Origin: Epithemia pelagica
Taxonomy: Eukaryota; Protista; Bacillariophyta
Assembly: GCA_946965045.2 (NCBI GenBank)
Contig: OX337236.1
Location: forward strand, 1,364,001 to 1,428,000
Direction: 5' to 3'
Length of the DNA: 64,000 bases
In this document: one piece after another, positions 10,581 through 23,715 of the stretch
How positions within the stretch are numbered: the stretch's first letter is position 1
Layout: each line of letters starts with the position of its first letter
Notes under the pieces: model-generated
What the model was told of the DNA's origin: nothing
Database searches by the model: none
Seen by the model: only the letters and a program-made list of their open reading frames with translations
Position numbers and translations under genes: made by a program

Positions 10581-12987
10581 ATGATGATGCATCGCCGTGT
10601 CCCTCGGCAAGTTTTCCTACGAGCAACCAAACAGCTCTATGGTCCTTGCCAAAAGTCGAGCTTGTCGCCTTTTCCACAAACTCGGCTCTTACTGGCCTCT
10701 CCGAACTCGATACGAACCACTGCGACCAGATCCATTGGCGTCCTCAGCAGTTCCGAATCATCAGCCAATGAACCCTCTTCATCATGGTGGGGGTTTGGAT
10801 CCCTGATGCTTGCCGTTGGTGTAGCCACTCAATGGAGAGACACAAATACGGCAGAATCCTGTGGGATTGCAGGAGTGGTGGGCACTCCCAACCATGATGC
10901 TCGGTGAGTCATGCTCGACGAAGGAACGATTGGGACTCGTTTTGGCCAACCGTTCTCACAGTTTTTCTTCTCAGAGATTTTCTTTTAGAAGGGTTATCCA
11001 TTTTGAAGAATCGCGGCTATGATAGTGCGGGTTTGGCTACGATGCGCCAAGAAGGGGGACCTCTGGTAAGTTGTGTGTGGCGAGCCAGAATCTGTTGTCT
11101 CCTTGTTTTCGTTTTCGACAAGAGGTCATGCAAATTTTGTCTGACGCATCGTCGTTGAACAGGTCATTACCAAGTTTGCTAGTGATGGGGACAAAGCAGA
11201 TTCAATTGAACTGGTTCGTGCTCATTCTCATAACTCCGAAAATCACAGCATTGGAATTGCTCATACTCGATGGGCGACACATGGAGGAAAGACAGATGAG
11301 AATGCCCATCCCCACACTGACTCATCGGGAAAAATTGCCCTCGTCCACAATGGAACATTGAATAATGCCAACGAACTTCGTCGTGAACTTCAAATGCAAG
11401 GGCACGTTTTCAGCAGTCAGACCGATACAGAAGTGATTGCCAAACTCATTGGACATTACTACAGTCAAGCAGAAGAAATCTCCGTCAAAGATGCAACGGA
11501 GAAGGCGTTAGCACGTTGCGACGGGACATGGGGACTCTGCATCGTGTGCTCTGACACTCCAGATGAGTTGATTGTTGCATGCAATGGATCTCCTTTGGTA
11601 ATTGGGATTGCAGAGGATCGTACCTTTGTTGCCAGTGAAACGGCCGCATTCAATCGCTATACCAAAAATTTTATTTCTTTGAAAGACGGTGAAATCGGTG
11701 TGTTGCACTCGGATGGACGGACTCTGGATCTGAGCCGTAAACAACTTGCTCCTGATCAAGAGGTCAAGCTTAGTCCTGACCCATTTCCTCACTGGACACT
11801 CAAAGAATTGGTGGAGCAGCCTGAAGCTTTGGCCCGAGCCTTGGGTTTTGGAGGTCGCTTGGGTTCCGATAAAATTTACCTCGGAGGTTTGGATTCAAAT
11901 ATCCAACGTCTATCCAAAATCAAGCACATGTCCCTGTCTGCGTGTGGTACGTCGTTGAATGCCGCCCGATACGGGGAACGTCTCATGAAATATCTGGGTA
12001 GCTTTGATTCTGTTTCATCCATTGACGCGGCAGAAACAGAGCCCAAAGACTTTCCATGTCCCCGGGAAGTTGAAAAGACTGGTCTGATTGTTGTCTCACA
12101 GTCAGGAGAAACAAAGGACGTGGCTCGAGTTGTCAACACTGCCATGGAACGAGGTGTGACTGTCATGTCGGTGGTAAATGCCGTTGGGAGTTTGATTGCA
12201 CGCACTACGAAAATGGGCGTCTACTGCAATGCTGGACGGGAGAATGCGGTAGCCAGTACAAAAGCTTTTACGACTCAAGTGACCGTGTTGGCATTAATTG
12301 CTGTGTGGTTTAGGCAGGTGAGAGACAAGATTGAAGGCAATCGGACACCTGCATCGGTTCATCAAGTCCGGGATGCCCTAATGCGATTGCCGATTACCTT
12401 TGGTATGGCATTAAAGACGAGAGATCATTGCAAACAGATTGCAAAGAAGCTCGAGCACAAGGAACATTGCTTTGTTTTGGGCAAAGGATACGGAGAACCT
12501 GTTGCAATGGAAGGTGCATTGAAAATCAAGGAAATGTGTTATTTGCATGCTGAAGGATACAGCGGAGGCGCACTGAAACATGGCCCCTTTGCTTTGATTG
12601 AGAACGAGAACGGCAAGTTTGGTGCAACTCCTATCATCATGTTAATTTTAGACGACCAACACTCCGCGCATATGCGAACAGCGGCGGAGGAAGTGAGGGC
12701 ACGAGGCGGCGATGTGATCATAATTACGGACAAACCCGAACTTGCGCGGGATCTGGACGATGATCCCATTATCATACCCAACAATGGACCCTTAACTGCA
12801 CTCGCTGCTGTCCTCCCGTTGCAGTTGATTGCGTATGAGCTGGCAATGCTGAGGTAAGTGTATTTCATCGCGCTATGTTTCTCGCAGTAAGCAGGATTAC
12901 TAATTGCAGCTTGTTCGGTTTCTTTTGTGAAGGCGGATCAATCCAGATACGCCCCGAAATCTTGCGAAAGCAGTAACGGTCGACTGA
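10581..12987 (+). CDS. GFAT: Glutamine--fructose-6-phosphate aminotransferase (isomerizing) with a 93-aa N-terminal extension
   Basis: CGIAG Ntn start (Cys codon 10860-10862), [51 protein letters not shown] and KHGP motifs, and a C-terminal [11 protein letters not shown]. Introns 10904-10974, 11066-11162 and about 12855-12932. Confidence 0.96.
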
Positions 12988-13062
12988 AGCAGACAGAGCA
13001 AGCGACACATGGATACTGAAAGCTTGTTTACGTCTTCTTGAATTCTCTTCCTTCCTTATTTA

Positions 13063-16000
13063 TTACGAGTTCTCATTCCTCATAAGTTTAGCGGTCTTTT
13101 GCCCAATAGACTTGACTGCTTTTACTGCGCTAACTACGTTCCTGCCATTCAGCGTTATGCCCCCTCGTGACTGTGCTTTCTTAAGTTCTTTGATCTCTGA
13201 ACTTAGATTTTCCAGAAGCTCCAAAGTTTCCTTGCGGAAAGATGCCAGTTCAGAGTACAGCTCATTCTTCATCTGTAGCATAGCCTTTTCGTTTTGCTCT
13301 CGGCTTTCATGAGAGAGCTCTTCTAGATCCTTCCGCAACTCGTTGAGTCCTCCTTGCCAATCTTCTCTGCCAAGCAGAAGAGAACCGTCACTGTCGACTT
13401 CGAGCAAACAATGGAACCACTTCGTTTTCTCTTCAAGCCGCATCCGTGACTGAGCTGGAAGCAATGTCATATATTCAACAATAAGACCAGCCTGTTCTCT
13501 CCTCCGGTTGGCTACCGCATGGACCTGGACTCTGGCATAGCTGTCAGCTAGGATGGAAATTAAGGCGTTCAGCGCAATGACAAGAACACACGTGACGGCC
13601 AAAACAAACGTGAGAACGGCCAGCACATTCCACTCTGCATCGTACAGCATGCTGGGCTCGTAAGTACCCGTCGTCACTAGTTCAAACGTGGAAAGCAGTG
13701 ATCGACGTAGTGAACCAAACCCATCTTCGTTCACCTGGCTGAACAGAATCCGAAATGCGACAGAAAAGCCCACCAAAATCGCGCATAAAATAAAGAGAAA
13801 GCCACGGACATCCCTGAAGTTTGCAGAAAGAACTGATATCAACCACCCTGTTCCATCGAAACCCCGAAGGTATGAGATAATTTTTATTGTCATGGCAAAA
13901 GTTGTGGCAACAGCAAGGGGAATCAGGATACGCTGAGAGTAGCCTGGCAACAACTGGTATGCAACAAATGCATACACAAACACGATAGAGATGATATCGG
14001 CAATATTCCAGAAATTACGAAAGTAACCTGATCTTCTTCCCAACCTTGCCTCAACAATTTCTTTGGCACCGTAGGCAGTGTTAAGAAGAAGAACGACAAT
14101 GGCAAGTCCTTTCGTGGGTCTTTCGATGCTTTCTCCCCAAGAATCGAGACGAACGTTCGCTTCCACCAAAGCAACCCAGCATCCATAAAAGGCCATGCAT
14201 AAAAAGAAATCCATGAAGAAGAATATTCGAATGTGGTCTGTCCACAAAACCCTCAGAACTATTCCCATTGCTGCATTATCAAAAGCATCTGGGTCAGCTT
14301 TCCATAGAAGCGCGGACAAGAACTCCATGTCCCCCAACCCTGGGAGAGGAAGAACTGCTGGTGTAAGCTTCTTCTCAATGAGATCGGAGGCCGACGACGA
14401 CCACCAAGATAGAGACTCGAGAAAGTCCAGTTTAAACTCTTTTTCACCGTTTCCCCACGGATCGGAGGTCAAAGGACTGCACTTCTCGAAAACTCGATCA
14501 TTTCGCACCGAGTGCACTTGACCGTACGGAACTTTGATGAACTCTACTTCTTGTAGGATTTCGGATACAAGTTCAGGATTCATGTTGACAAGCAAGTCAA
14601 TTAATGCATCTCTGGCTTGTTTAGGGAGCCTTGATGTCAAAATGCTGGTATTATGACGGCTTTCGATTGTTCCATCAACCAAAGCACTAACAATAGAGAG
14701 CAAGAACGCACAATGTAAGCATCAAAATGAATATATCGATGCGCTTCGTCACCAAAACTTACGTAATGGCAAGCTTTAGGATCATGGGTCTCCTTACGCG
14801 AAGTGCCGTGTCAAAGAACGTTTCGTTGTTGGATCGATCGAAGGCAAAGACCGCGGTAGGATAGTCTTTCAGTATGCTCGATAATCTTTGTATGTTGTCG
14901 GAATGACCAGCTTGAATGTGCCGCTGAAGAAAGGACTCCGAATACCCACTGCGATACAACACTTCCGCCAACGCCCATTGTGGGAGTTCCGAGGTTCCCC
15001 GTTGCAGCTTCAAAGGTGCAAGATCAATGGCCAAAAAGGGCCCAAGTCGCACTATAGAGTAACTTCCTCCAGCCGATCCTAGCGCTAAATGAGCACCATC
15101 TAAACAAGAGGTAAAGGTAGCACAAGACTTCCGTGAGAAAGCCTGATGACACTGGCACGGACTTTTCTTTGATAGCGCCATTCCGAGTGACGTACCGGGT
15201 GAAAAACGAGCACAAATCGCAAAGCCCTTACAAGGTATTTGCTGGGCAAACTGGTAGAGTCCCTCCAAATACATGTTGAAATGTCCATCGTCCGTGCCTA
15301 CAATCAGATAATCTCCAATCGGACTAAATGCCAAAGTATTGATGCGACCCCCACCGGCCTTGATTTCATGGACCATTTCCGCTGCCTTGGTGTCTACTAC
15401 GGCCACGGTTCCAGCTCCATCTCCCACGACCAACAGGGCCGGATTGCGAGGATGAATGGCCAAACAACGAGCCGTTCGTGGTCTCAAAAATCTCAAAATT
15501 GTCTCCAGATTACGGTTGAGGGCGATGCACGTGTAGTCTCCGAGGGCAAGGACAATATAGATATCGTCTGAGGTAACATCATCGGACTTTTTGGAGGAAG
15601 TATGCGCGAAGGCAATATCCCACAATCTGCCATCGAGCTTCAAACTTTCTCGAGCTGGCTTCAAGTTGGAGGAATCTAGCAAATGAAGTAACTTTTGTTT
15701 GCCTCCCAGTGCAAGAATAGATCCATCTGGTGACCACATCATGGTCTTAACTCCCACTTCCAGCATGGACGTGACCTCCGTCCGCAACGACATGCTAGTT
15801 CCGCTCAAAACTGTTGCGTCCTCTTTGGTTCTCGCGTTGGCTGCCGACAAGAGTCGCAGCAGCGAAACGTGACCACTTTCGTCCACCACCGCAAGGCAAT
15901 CCTGTCTATTATTGGCATGGCAAAAGGCAACCTGAATGACGGTGGCATTAAAGTTGGCACTGGCCACTGGTTGAAAATTCTGGTCCACATCGACAACGAA

Positions 16001-17605
16001 AATGGAAGCTCCATGGGACCGCACAAGCAAGCGACCGTCGGCACTCCACGAAAGGGATGTATCCAAACCGTGTCGCGATGACAATTGAATATTGGTTAAT
16101 TCAATGGGTTGCAGATTGAGAATCGAAACCAAATGTCGTTTGGATCGAAACGCCAAAACGTCCATTCCACAATTACTCTGACTAGTGCATGGCTTCCACG
16201 ATATATCCGTGACCCAACCATTGGTTTGAAATCCCTTTATTTTCATATAGGTGGAAGAATCCAACAGCGACAAGGAACGATCGCGGCAACCCACAGCAAT
16301 GTACCGATCCAATGGATCCATCGCAATGACATTGACGGTTCCTTCCATTTTCAAACTTCGAAGCGTGGCCCATGCCGACGTATCAATAAGAGCCACTGTC
16401 TTGTCATAGCCACCGAACGTCAAAAGATTTCCAGAATGAGAAAATCTAACTGCCAAAACTGGTCCCTCGCGTTGCGTCTCCCAGAGGCAGGCTCCGTAGT
16501 CGACGACGGCCACCGGATTCGTAGCGTCACTTTTTCTGCCGTTTCGTGTCTTTGTCGTCAACTGAAACACTGCGACATGGCCACTTTTGGTACACCTCGC
16601 CATCCATCGCTTTTTGGGGTGAACACACAATCCCAGAACGGCCGAACTGTTCTGTTCGCAATCGACCGACTCTACAATCTGAAGCATCGTTCTGTCCAAG
16701 GAGAGCATCTTTACAGTACCCAGTTTGTCTCCAAAGGCAATGGCAATGGTGGAATGCAAGGGGACATGGTCCTTGATTTTTGAATGGACTGAATGGAAAA
16801 ATGCATAATCCGTCGCTCGAATTTGCCCGTCCATTCGACAGGAATACAAGAGAGACACTGCCCCGTCCACCTCAATGAGTTCATTATAGATCTGGTAGAC
16901 AAAACAATTTCCATCGAGACATCCAAAAGCAAGAAGCTGTTGCGATGGAGGTACCAGACCCATTTTCAAAGAGGACGAGGACGACGTTCGTTTTTTGATG
17001 ACGTCGTCGTTATTGGTTTCGGCTTCGACACTGTCGTCGTCGTGCAACTGGATCCATCGAATGGCCGAGACTTCATCACGAGTGGGAATGAGATAGATTC
17101 GAGTGTAGTTTCGTGTTTCGTAAAGTTCCAGGCCATCGACTGTTCCAATGGCCAGAAGCGACTCCGAGTATTGCAAGACAAAGCTCCCCGAACCAGGACG
17201 GACCTCATGGGTGACACCCGACGAAAAGGAACCGTCCATGTAGCCTTGAGGGGTAGTAGGCGCGCTATAGGAAATCCCTGCCGTTGTTTCGTCTGTTTTG
17301 AGTTTCTTTTCGCTGCGACGCAAATGCACAGACCCATCTCTCGTAATAATATTGAACATGGACGAGGCTTCCTGGTCCAAGCTTGAAGACGATCGAACAC
17401 TGTCAATGACGGGTGGACCGCCAATGGCCGCTCGAGGAGACTGTGGATCAAATCGAACACTGGCTGGTTTCTTTTCCGTCTTACTGTTCTCCTCCTTCTT
17501 GTTTGCCGTCGTGTCATCTACGACATTGTCGTCGGCATGAGGATCACAATCCAGATTTCCGGCAATGGCCGCCAAGGAAACCGCGGCAGTAAGAGGAAAC
17601 GGCAT
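13063..17605 (-). CDS. WD40-repeat / TRP-like 6-TM cation channel fusion protein (about 1488 aa)
   Basis: The 5' ORF has many WD40 repeats (e.g. VRFSHSGNLLTFGGYDKTVALID, LAFSPIGDYLIVGTDDG). A GTAAGT...TTAG intron at 14762-14687 joins it in frame to an ORF with YFRNFWNIADI, a pore loop, S6 ALNALISILADSY, a TRP-box-like segment and a coiled coil. Confidence 0.85.
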
Positions 17606-18094
17606 CGTTCCTCTTGTTGAGACTAGTACTTTTTTCAAAGTGAGATCAAGTCATCCACTGTCTGTCGGCCTCTCTTCTTCTTCCCCTTTCGTTCAACAGT
17701 TCAAGGCCCGTTTTCGCACAACAGGAACCACTTTACCCACCGATGATGAGCAACCATCACCGTCATGGTGCCTTGTTGGCACGACGAGAAAGAGAGATTC
17801 CATGGCTTTACGCTTTAGCATTGAGCATTCACGACCGAAACGATGCTGCACGTGCAAAATCTTCTCGTTGGCATGAAATCCAGAGATGCACCTTAAATGC
17901 CACCATGCGTGCTGTGACAAGTACTTACAAAAGGGGCATTCGGTCTTCCAATAGTGACAAGACTGGAACGAGTTTGCAAGAACATAATCAAGACCATATA
18001 CTTAAGTATTCGGAATCCTTGCTAGCATACTACAACGCCAAATTAACTGTCGAATGAATCCCACCACGACGACACGATACGAACCATCACCACA

Positions 18095-18505
18095 ATGGCG
18101 CACCCTTGCTCCCACAATTTCGATTCTCTTGCCTCCTCACAACGTAAAGGTGACTCAGCACGTACTCCAACTCTCAACAAACAAAGAACGGTAAGTAAAC
18201 CAAAGTGGAGATTGGAGCAATGCAGTTGCGTCCTATTTAGAGGCAGTTTGTTCGCTTGGAAAGCGTGTAACCTTTCGCTAATCATTCTTCTCCTCTGTCA
18301 CCACCAGGTCTATCGACACACATTTACCATTGCAACCATCAACATGGACGGATTTTTGATTGCCACCTTTGTCATTGGAAACTTTCTTCCCTACATGCCT
18401 ACTCCGACATCTTACCGTACATCGGAAGAAGGGATTGTCATTCCACCCCTTTATGTCTTTGAAAAGATGCAAAAAGATTTGGAAAAATACTTTCAACAAA
18501 AGTAG
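18095..18505 (+). CDS. Small hypothetical protein (97 aa if spliced, or 53 aa from an internal ATG near 18344)
   Basis: ORF contains a canonical 117-nt in-frame intron (GTAAGT at 18191, CACCAG ending 18307). The internal ATG has a CAACATG context and is followed by a hydrophobic stretch. Confidence 0.4.
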   Translation: MAHPCSHNFDSLASSQRKGDSARTPTLNKQRTVSKPKWRLEQCSCVLFRGSLFAWKACNLSLIILLLCHHQVYRHTFTIATINMDGFLIATFVIGNFLPYMPTPTSYRTSEEGIVIPPLYVFEKMQKDLEKYFQQK

Positions 18506-19266
18506 ACGCTTCACCCACTTGTCGTCAACAATACCGGAGCGTGTGCTCCATCGGATTGGGCGACGTGACCACAACAACACGCGGAACAGTATGTGTGTGT
18601 ACATGAGAAAATGATTGATTCCGACAAAATGTGTTGTGTGGTGTGTATTTCACTTCTGCATGATCCCCATCCTGTTTGAATGGTTTTGGCGCTTGCCGGC
18701 AGTGGCAGTCTGTTCCACAAAACAGTGTTTTACAGGTTCCAGTCAGGAACCCTGCAACACAAAAGAGTGGTGCAAGGCTGGTATTGCCTTGGCGCGTTGT
18801 TGTCTTTACCCCTTTACCCGTACATATATCTACCGATATGGCCAACGTCTGACCAATGTACACGACGTTCATGGTCCTGTTTCTACATGAGATGCGCAAA
18901 AAGGAACATCAAGGACCTTGCATTTGCTCCATTTTTCGTCTTGTCCTGACGGTCATGTTGAATATGTTCATAAAATAGAAAACTATAGAGTCCGTACAAC
19001 ATACATTGCACTTTTTCTCGACAAGTACGAAAGGAATTATTACGGTTACCTAATCACTGTATGGTCGTAGATGTTTGTGCATGTGCGCGTTGGACGTGTC
19101 GGCCAAGGCGGTGACTAATGTCGATTCAGTCCTATATCATCATACCGCATGAATCAACACACAATCATATGATCTATTGTTGTTATCGTAACAAAACAAA
19201 GCAAACCAGAAGACATTGCCATACGCTTCTTCTTTTGCCATTTCTTCCTGTAAACTTGCAGCAGCC

Positions 19267-21363
19267 TTAGGCAGAACCGGCCAAGGAGATTCCAGAAGAA
19301 GATGGATTCCAGGAATGGGACGAAGCGGCCAACGCTTTCTTCTGTTCCTCTTGGACGGCAATCGGTACGTCGGAGAGTTCCGGTGCCACCACCAATGTGA
19401 TGGGACGAGGTGCCATTTTGATCAGTGCCACCTGAATCAACAAAAGAGACGATAAATGAGAAACGAGGCACAAACACAATACAAATATCCGGTTTCGGTT
19501 CGCACGCCCTTTCGACGTACCGTATCGCCCCACATGACATTGGTAATTGGTCTTCGCATATCCACACCTGCGGCTTCTCGAATCACATCACCCGTTTCAA
19601 TGGTTCCTTTCCGGGCAATGGGGGAAGACGCCTTTTCGGGCGCCACAAAAATCACCCGTACAATCCCATCTGATCCTCTATTGAGTTTGATCCCCAAGGA
19701 TTCCGAAAAGAAAAATACTTTTCGTTCATCACCCACCAAAAGGGAAACCGAGTTGGCTCCCAGTTGTTGCGGCCACTGTTTCGGCATTCGGGGCATATTG
19801 GGAACTTGTTGAATCGCTTTTTCACGGGGAACAAATCGCGGCGGTGGGAGCTTGGGAACCGTGGTCGAGAAAGGATAACGCGTCGACTTGAGCGCCCGTT
19901 CCTTCTCTCCACCAATGTCCAGACTAGCAGCCTCCTCTTCCAAGGCAGCCTGAGACTTTTCATAGTACGCTTGATCAAACATTCCTAATCGGTCTCCATT
20001 TGGCAATAGACTGCGGCAGGTATCAAACGCCTCCAAGGCGCCTCGATAATCCTTCATGTAGAAAAGGGACTTGGCCAATGTCGAATAGGCAGCAGGTGAC
20101 TGAGGTTTCAGTCGAATGGCTAGTTGGGCGTCGTTTCGTGCAGACTCGTGTCGTCGGCTTCCATTCAAAGCATGCGCACGTCCCAAATGAAGTTCAGGAC
20201 TGAGATTGGGTTCACCGGGGACCAAGAAAAGAGCTGCAGTGTATTCCTCAATGGCTTCCTTGTATTGTTTGCGAGAAAGAAATCTGTTGGCACGTTTTTG
20301 GATACGCAGGGCCTCTTCGAATTCTGGATCATCCTGATCGTCATCATTATCTTCTTCGTCGCTTTCCTCGTGACGACCCATGCCTCGGTTTCGTGGAGAA
20401 TCCTCGTCATCGGAGACCAGGCGATGGTGTGTACTATGTTTCGCTGCTGCAATATGCCCCACAATAGGATTGTTTGTTCGATAGCCACCTTCCTGCACAA
20501 TGGCGGCCGCCTGCTGTAGACTGTCGGCAGTGGTGATCACGGATTGTGCCAACGTGAGTTGTGTGACAGACTCGCCAGCGACGGATTGAACGTCCTCACC
20601 GGCCTGGCGTCGTTCTTCTTTTCGTATTTGCTTTTCGTGTTTGATCTTGGCCTTTTCCAGGTAGGTGACAGTGACGCTATTGTCCGGTTCAAATTGAAGG
20701 GCATCTTGATAAGCCTGAATGGCACCGGCAAAATCTTTTTGAAAGTAGAGAGCTTGTCCCAACCGTGCATGAGCCTTTCCAAAGGTGGGAGCCAAGGCAA
20801 TGGCACGTCGAGCATCGGTAGCGGCTCCACTGTATCGCTTCAAACTCAACAGAGCAGCGGCTCGGTTCGACAAAAACACATGAGAGGAGGGGCCGACGGG
20901 GCTTAGTTGCAAAGCGGCCGAATAGGCATTGTAAGCTTTTGTGAATTCTGAATATGGAGGGAAATAGTGAGAAACAGCACCAAACATTGGGCCATCCTAA
21001 AATGAAAATCTGTGCAACATCCTAAAATGAGAATCTGTGCGACATACCTTGAGCTGCCATGTGTTTGTTTCCAAGTGCTTTCATTCGTTCGGCTTCCTTG
21101 TGCAGTTCTTCGAGTTGTGCGAGATCCATCAAGGCATCCTGTCCTCCCGCGGTGCTTTCAGCTTCTGTCTGCGACGCGTCGGAATTCGAAGAGGGTTCGT
21201 ATGCACGCATTTGAGCGACACCATGTGCAGCGTCCGAAATAGGAGTAGGACTCTCTGGAATCACATGCGGCTCGTTAGCCTCCTCTTTGGTCGTCATTCT
21301 CAGCGCGGCAGATTGGGGTGGCGACAGTGGAGGTCGTTGGTAGGATGCAGCGGCGGCACTCAT
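19267..21363 (-). CDS. Protein with two TPR triplets (SGTA-like) and a C-terminal PDZ-like domain
   Basis: TPR motifs VFLSNRAAALL, FGKAHARLGQALY and AAYSTLAKSLFY. PDZ-like SLGIKLNRGSDG...GDVIREAAG. Introns 21047-20948 and 19520-19432 join the exons in frame. Confidence 0.85.
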
Positions 21364-22769
21364 GATTCTCGGAACTTCAGTTTCAGTAGAATATCGTGAG
21401 ACGATTCCGTGAGTAGACAAGAGAGACGGTGAAGGGTCTTCTTCTCCTTGATTGCAGTTGGTTCGATGTTCTAAACCTTTCTTGCAGCAGAACAGCGGAC
21501 GCGTTCACTAACTAGATCAGGATCACAATAGTCTTCAAAGGGGACGATTCGTTATCCTGGACCGCCTTGGATGCAACAATCGTGGAAAGCCAGGTTGCTC
21601 AGACTTGCGCCGTTGTTTGCTTTTTTGTTTGTCTTGGTGGACGAACAACCACCTCGCAGATGGAATCCAGAATCAACGGACTGCTTTGTTGAGACACCAC
21701 GATGGTGTTATGATGGTCTCATCCGTTGAACACCGAACAAGTGGGTAGGCCGACCTTGTCCCCTTTCTTCTTCTACCCCTGGTCCCGCTCGCGAGTCTGT
21801 CGGTATCGAATGCGGAACGCGAATGTCTCTTGGGAGGGTACTTTTTGGAGGACTGTCCCATAGTCAGTCTTGGATACACCGTGTTTCTCGCACACCCACA
21901 GGACCAATGACTGCCTGGCGCGGAAATTTTGGATCCATTGAAACGATCTCTTCAAGACTAAAAATACGCTACACTCAGAACGTACACTATCATTGTCTTT
22001 TCCACGTGCGACTCGTACACGAACGCGGCCGACTCCCCAAAAGCGCGCCCAAAAACTTCCGCCTTGCATCCCCCAAAGATTCGCGCACCTCACGACCATT
22101 GCCATTTTGCCTTCTCACAAATCATGAACGAGACAAGAGAGTCCTGTAAATGAGGGACATTGGCGATTGGCAATTTGTTCCGCTAGCAAGACTGCCAACC
22201 ATCCCTCTTCCTCTTTTTGTTGCCCTCGATTCCACATACAATGGCGTTGTCAACATGGACAGTGACAAAACAAATAACTGTGCCTTTTGGTTTCATCATT
22301 ACGGTGGTGGAAGGATACGGAGGACCGTAGACACACTGGGACGAAACCTCTGTCGATACCAGTCCCAGCAAGGCAATTGTGACAGAATCATTCGAATGAA
22401 ATCTAGGATTGAGGGAAAACCTCAGACCTGGATTAGCACTGAGAAAGTGATGCGTCGATGACACTTCGCATAAAGCTGCCCAAGTATACATTTGTAGTAA
22501 CATCCTGTGCTGCCCATGTTCCTTCGTACCGCGGCTGCGGACAACGTGATGTAAAGGATGATGTAGAGCTTCCAATGCCCAAACCCTTTGCCATGGAAAA
22601 AATCGTAAATCCTGTGAGGTATGTTTAATCCTTACTATTCAAAGTCTTCTATTGTAGTTTACGCTCTCTCCTCAATCTACGAGTTCTATACGGTGACGTG
22701 GACTAACTAGGCAATCGACATTCCGTGAAAGATTGCAGCTTTCCATTTCAGACTGTCCACTTCAGGGAT

Positions 22770-23618
22770 TTATTCTTTGGTAACCTTGAGAGTTTCCACT
22801 GACACAATTTTGTCATGTGAGGAATGCGCACGGTTAAAGCAGGTGAATCTATCTCCCATGTAACTTCCCTGGAGAGCATACTCCAACACGCCTCCTTCCT
22901 TGGGCTTCATGAAAACAATCTTGAGAGCACTGTCAAGGCTTTGGATCCAACCCGAATAATTCGCAAAGGCCTCATTGAAATTCAGATGCACACGATTCGA
23001 GAGGTCACCAAAATCCTCTGGTTTCGTGCCCGATGGAAAGGTAAGAGCTGTACCATTTTCATCAAACGTAGCTTCAAAAGCTTCAAAACACTGTTCTCGA
23101 TTGTAAGGTTGTGATCCATCATGCTTGATAAACAGATTCTTCAGGTTTTCAATTGCGAGCAAACGTGTTTCTTTCCGCTCCAAATGGTAGATTTTGTTGT
23201 CCCTTGTCTCCGCGGATAGGTGAACAACGGCAGTGTGACCCATTTGGTCCAATTGAACAAAGTATTCAATCTTATCTGCAGAAGGAGCCTGAATCGACAC
23301 GTTTTCAACCTTGACACGCTTCTTAGCATATGCCAAGAAAACTTGCTGATAGCATGAATCATGGTCCAGTTCAACTTGCTTTGTTGGATCCATTCGGTCT
23401 TCGAGAGGAGAGTCGGAGAAGTATGTCAGAACTCTGGCATCTTTGTGGAATACTTTGTTGTAGGCATTGTAGAAGTTTGTCTCGTGAACCTCGGAGCCAT
23501 CAAGAAGGAGAAGGAGATCGCGAAGGTTTTGGACAATATCATGGGATGTGGCATGATAGTCGGCTTGTGCCGATTCAGGCTGGAAGGAAGCACTGGAGGT
23601 TTCAAAAGTAGTAGACAT
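22770..23618 (-). CDS. 282-aa protein with two internal NTF2/SnoaL-like repeats, tandem copy 1
   Basis: Intact single-exon ORF whose two halves align (..N..L...DGS.....F..AF...F...., then ..EY......G......H......DKI). The fold assignment is inferred. Confidence 0.85.
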   Translation of the reverse strand: MSTTFETSSASFQPESAQADYHATSHDIVQNLRDLLLLLDGSEVHETNFYNAYNKVFHKDARVLTYFSDSPLEDRMDPTKQVELDHDSCYQQVFLAYAKKRVKVENVSIQAPSADKIEYFVQLDQMGHTAVVHLSAETRDNKIYHLERKETRLLAIENLKNLFIKHDGSQPYNREQCFEAFEATFDENGTALTFPSGTKPEDFGDLSNRVHLNFNEAFANYSGWIQSLDSALKIVFMKPKEGGVLEYALQGSYMGDRFTCFNRAHSSHDKIVSVETLKVTKE

Positions 23619-23715
23619 GGTATTTGAGTTTGCTCTGTGTTTGGTTTTACTTGTTTAGTTTTTGAGTTTTTGATTTTGTGAGAACGTCTACCACTTACCA
23701 CCTACCACTCCTGTG

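Noticed and set aside
10581-12987. Bacterial glmS contamination or recent HGT
   Set aside because: Three spliceosomal introns and a eukaryotic targeting extension; embedded among typical host genes.
21673-22575. Several 68-130 aa ORFs between the TPR gene and the duplicates
   Set aside because: Overlapping, no motifs, no consistent splice model.
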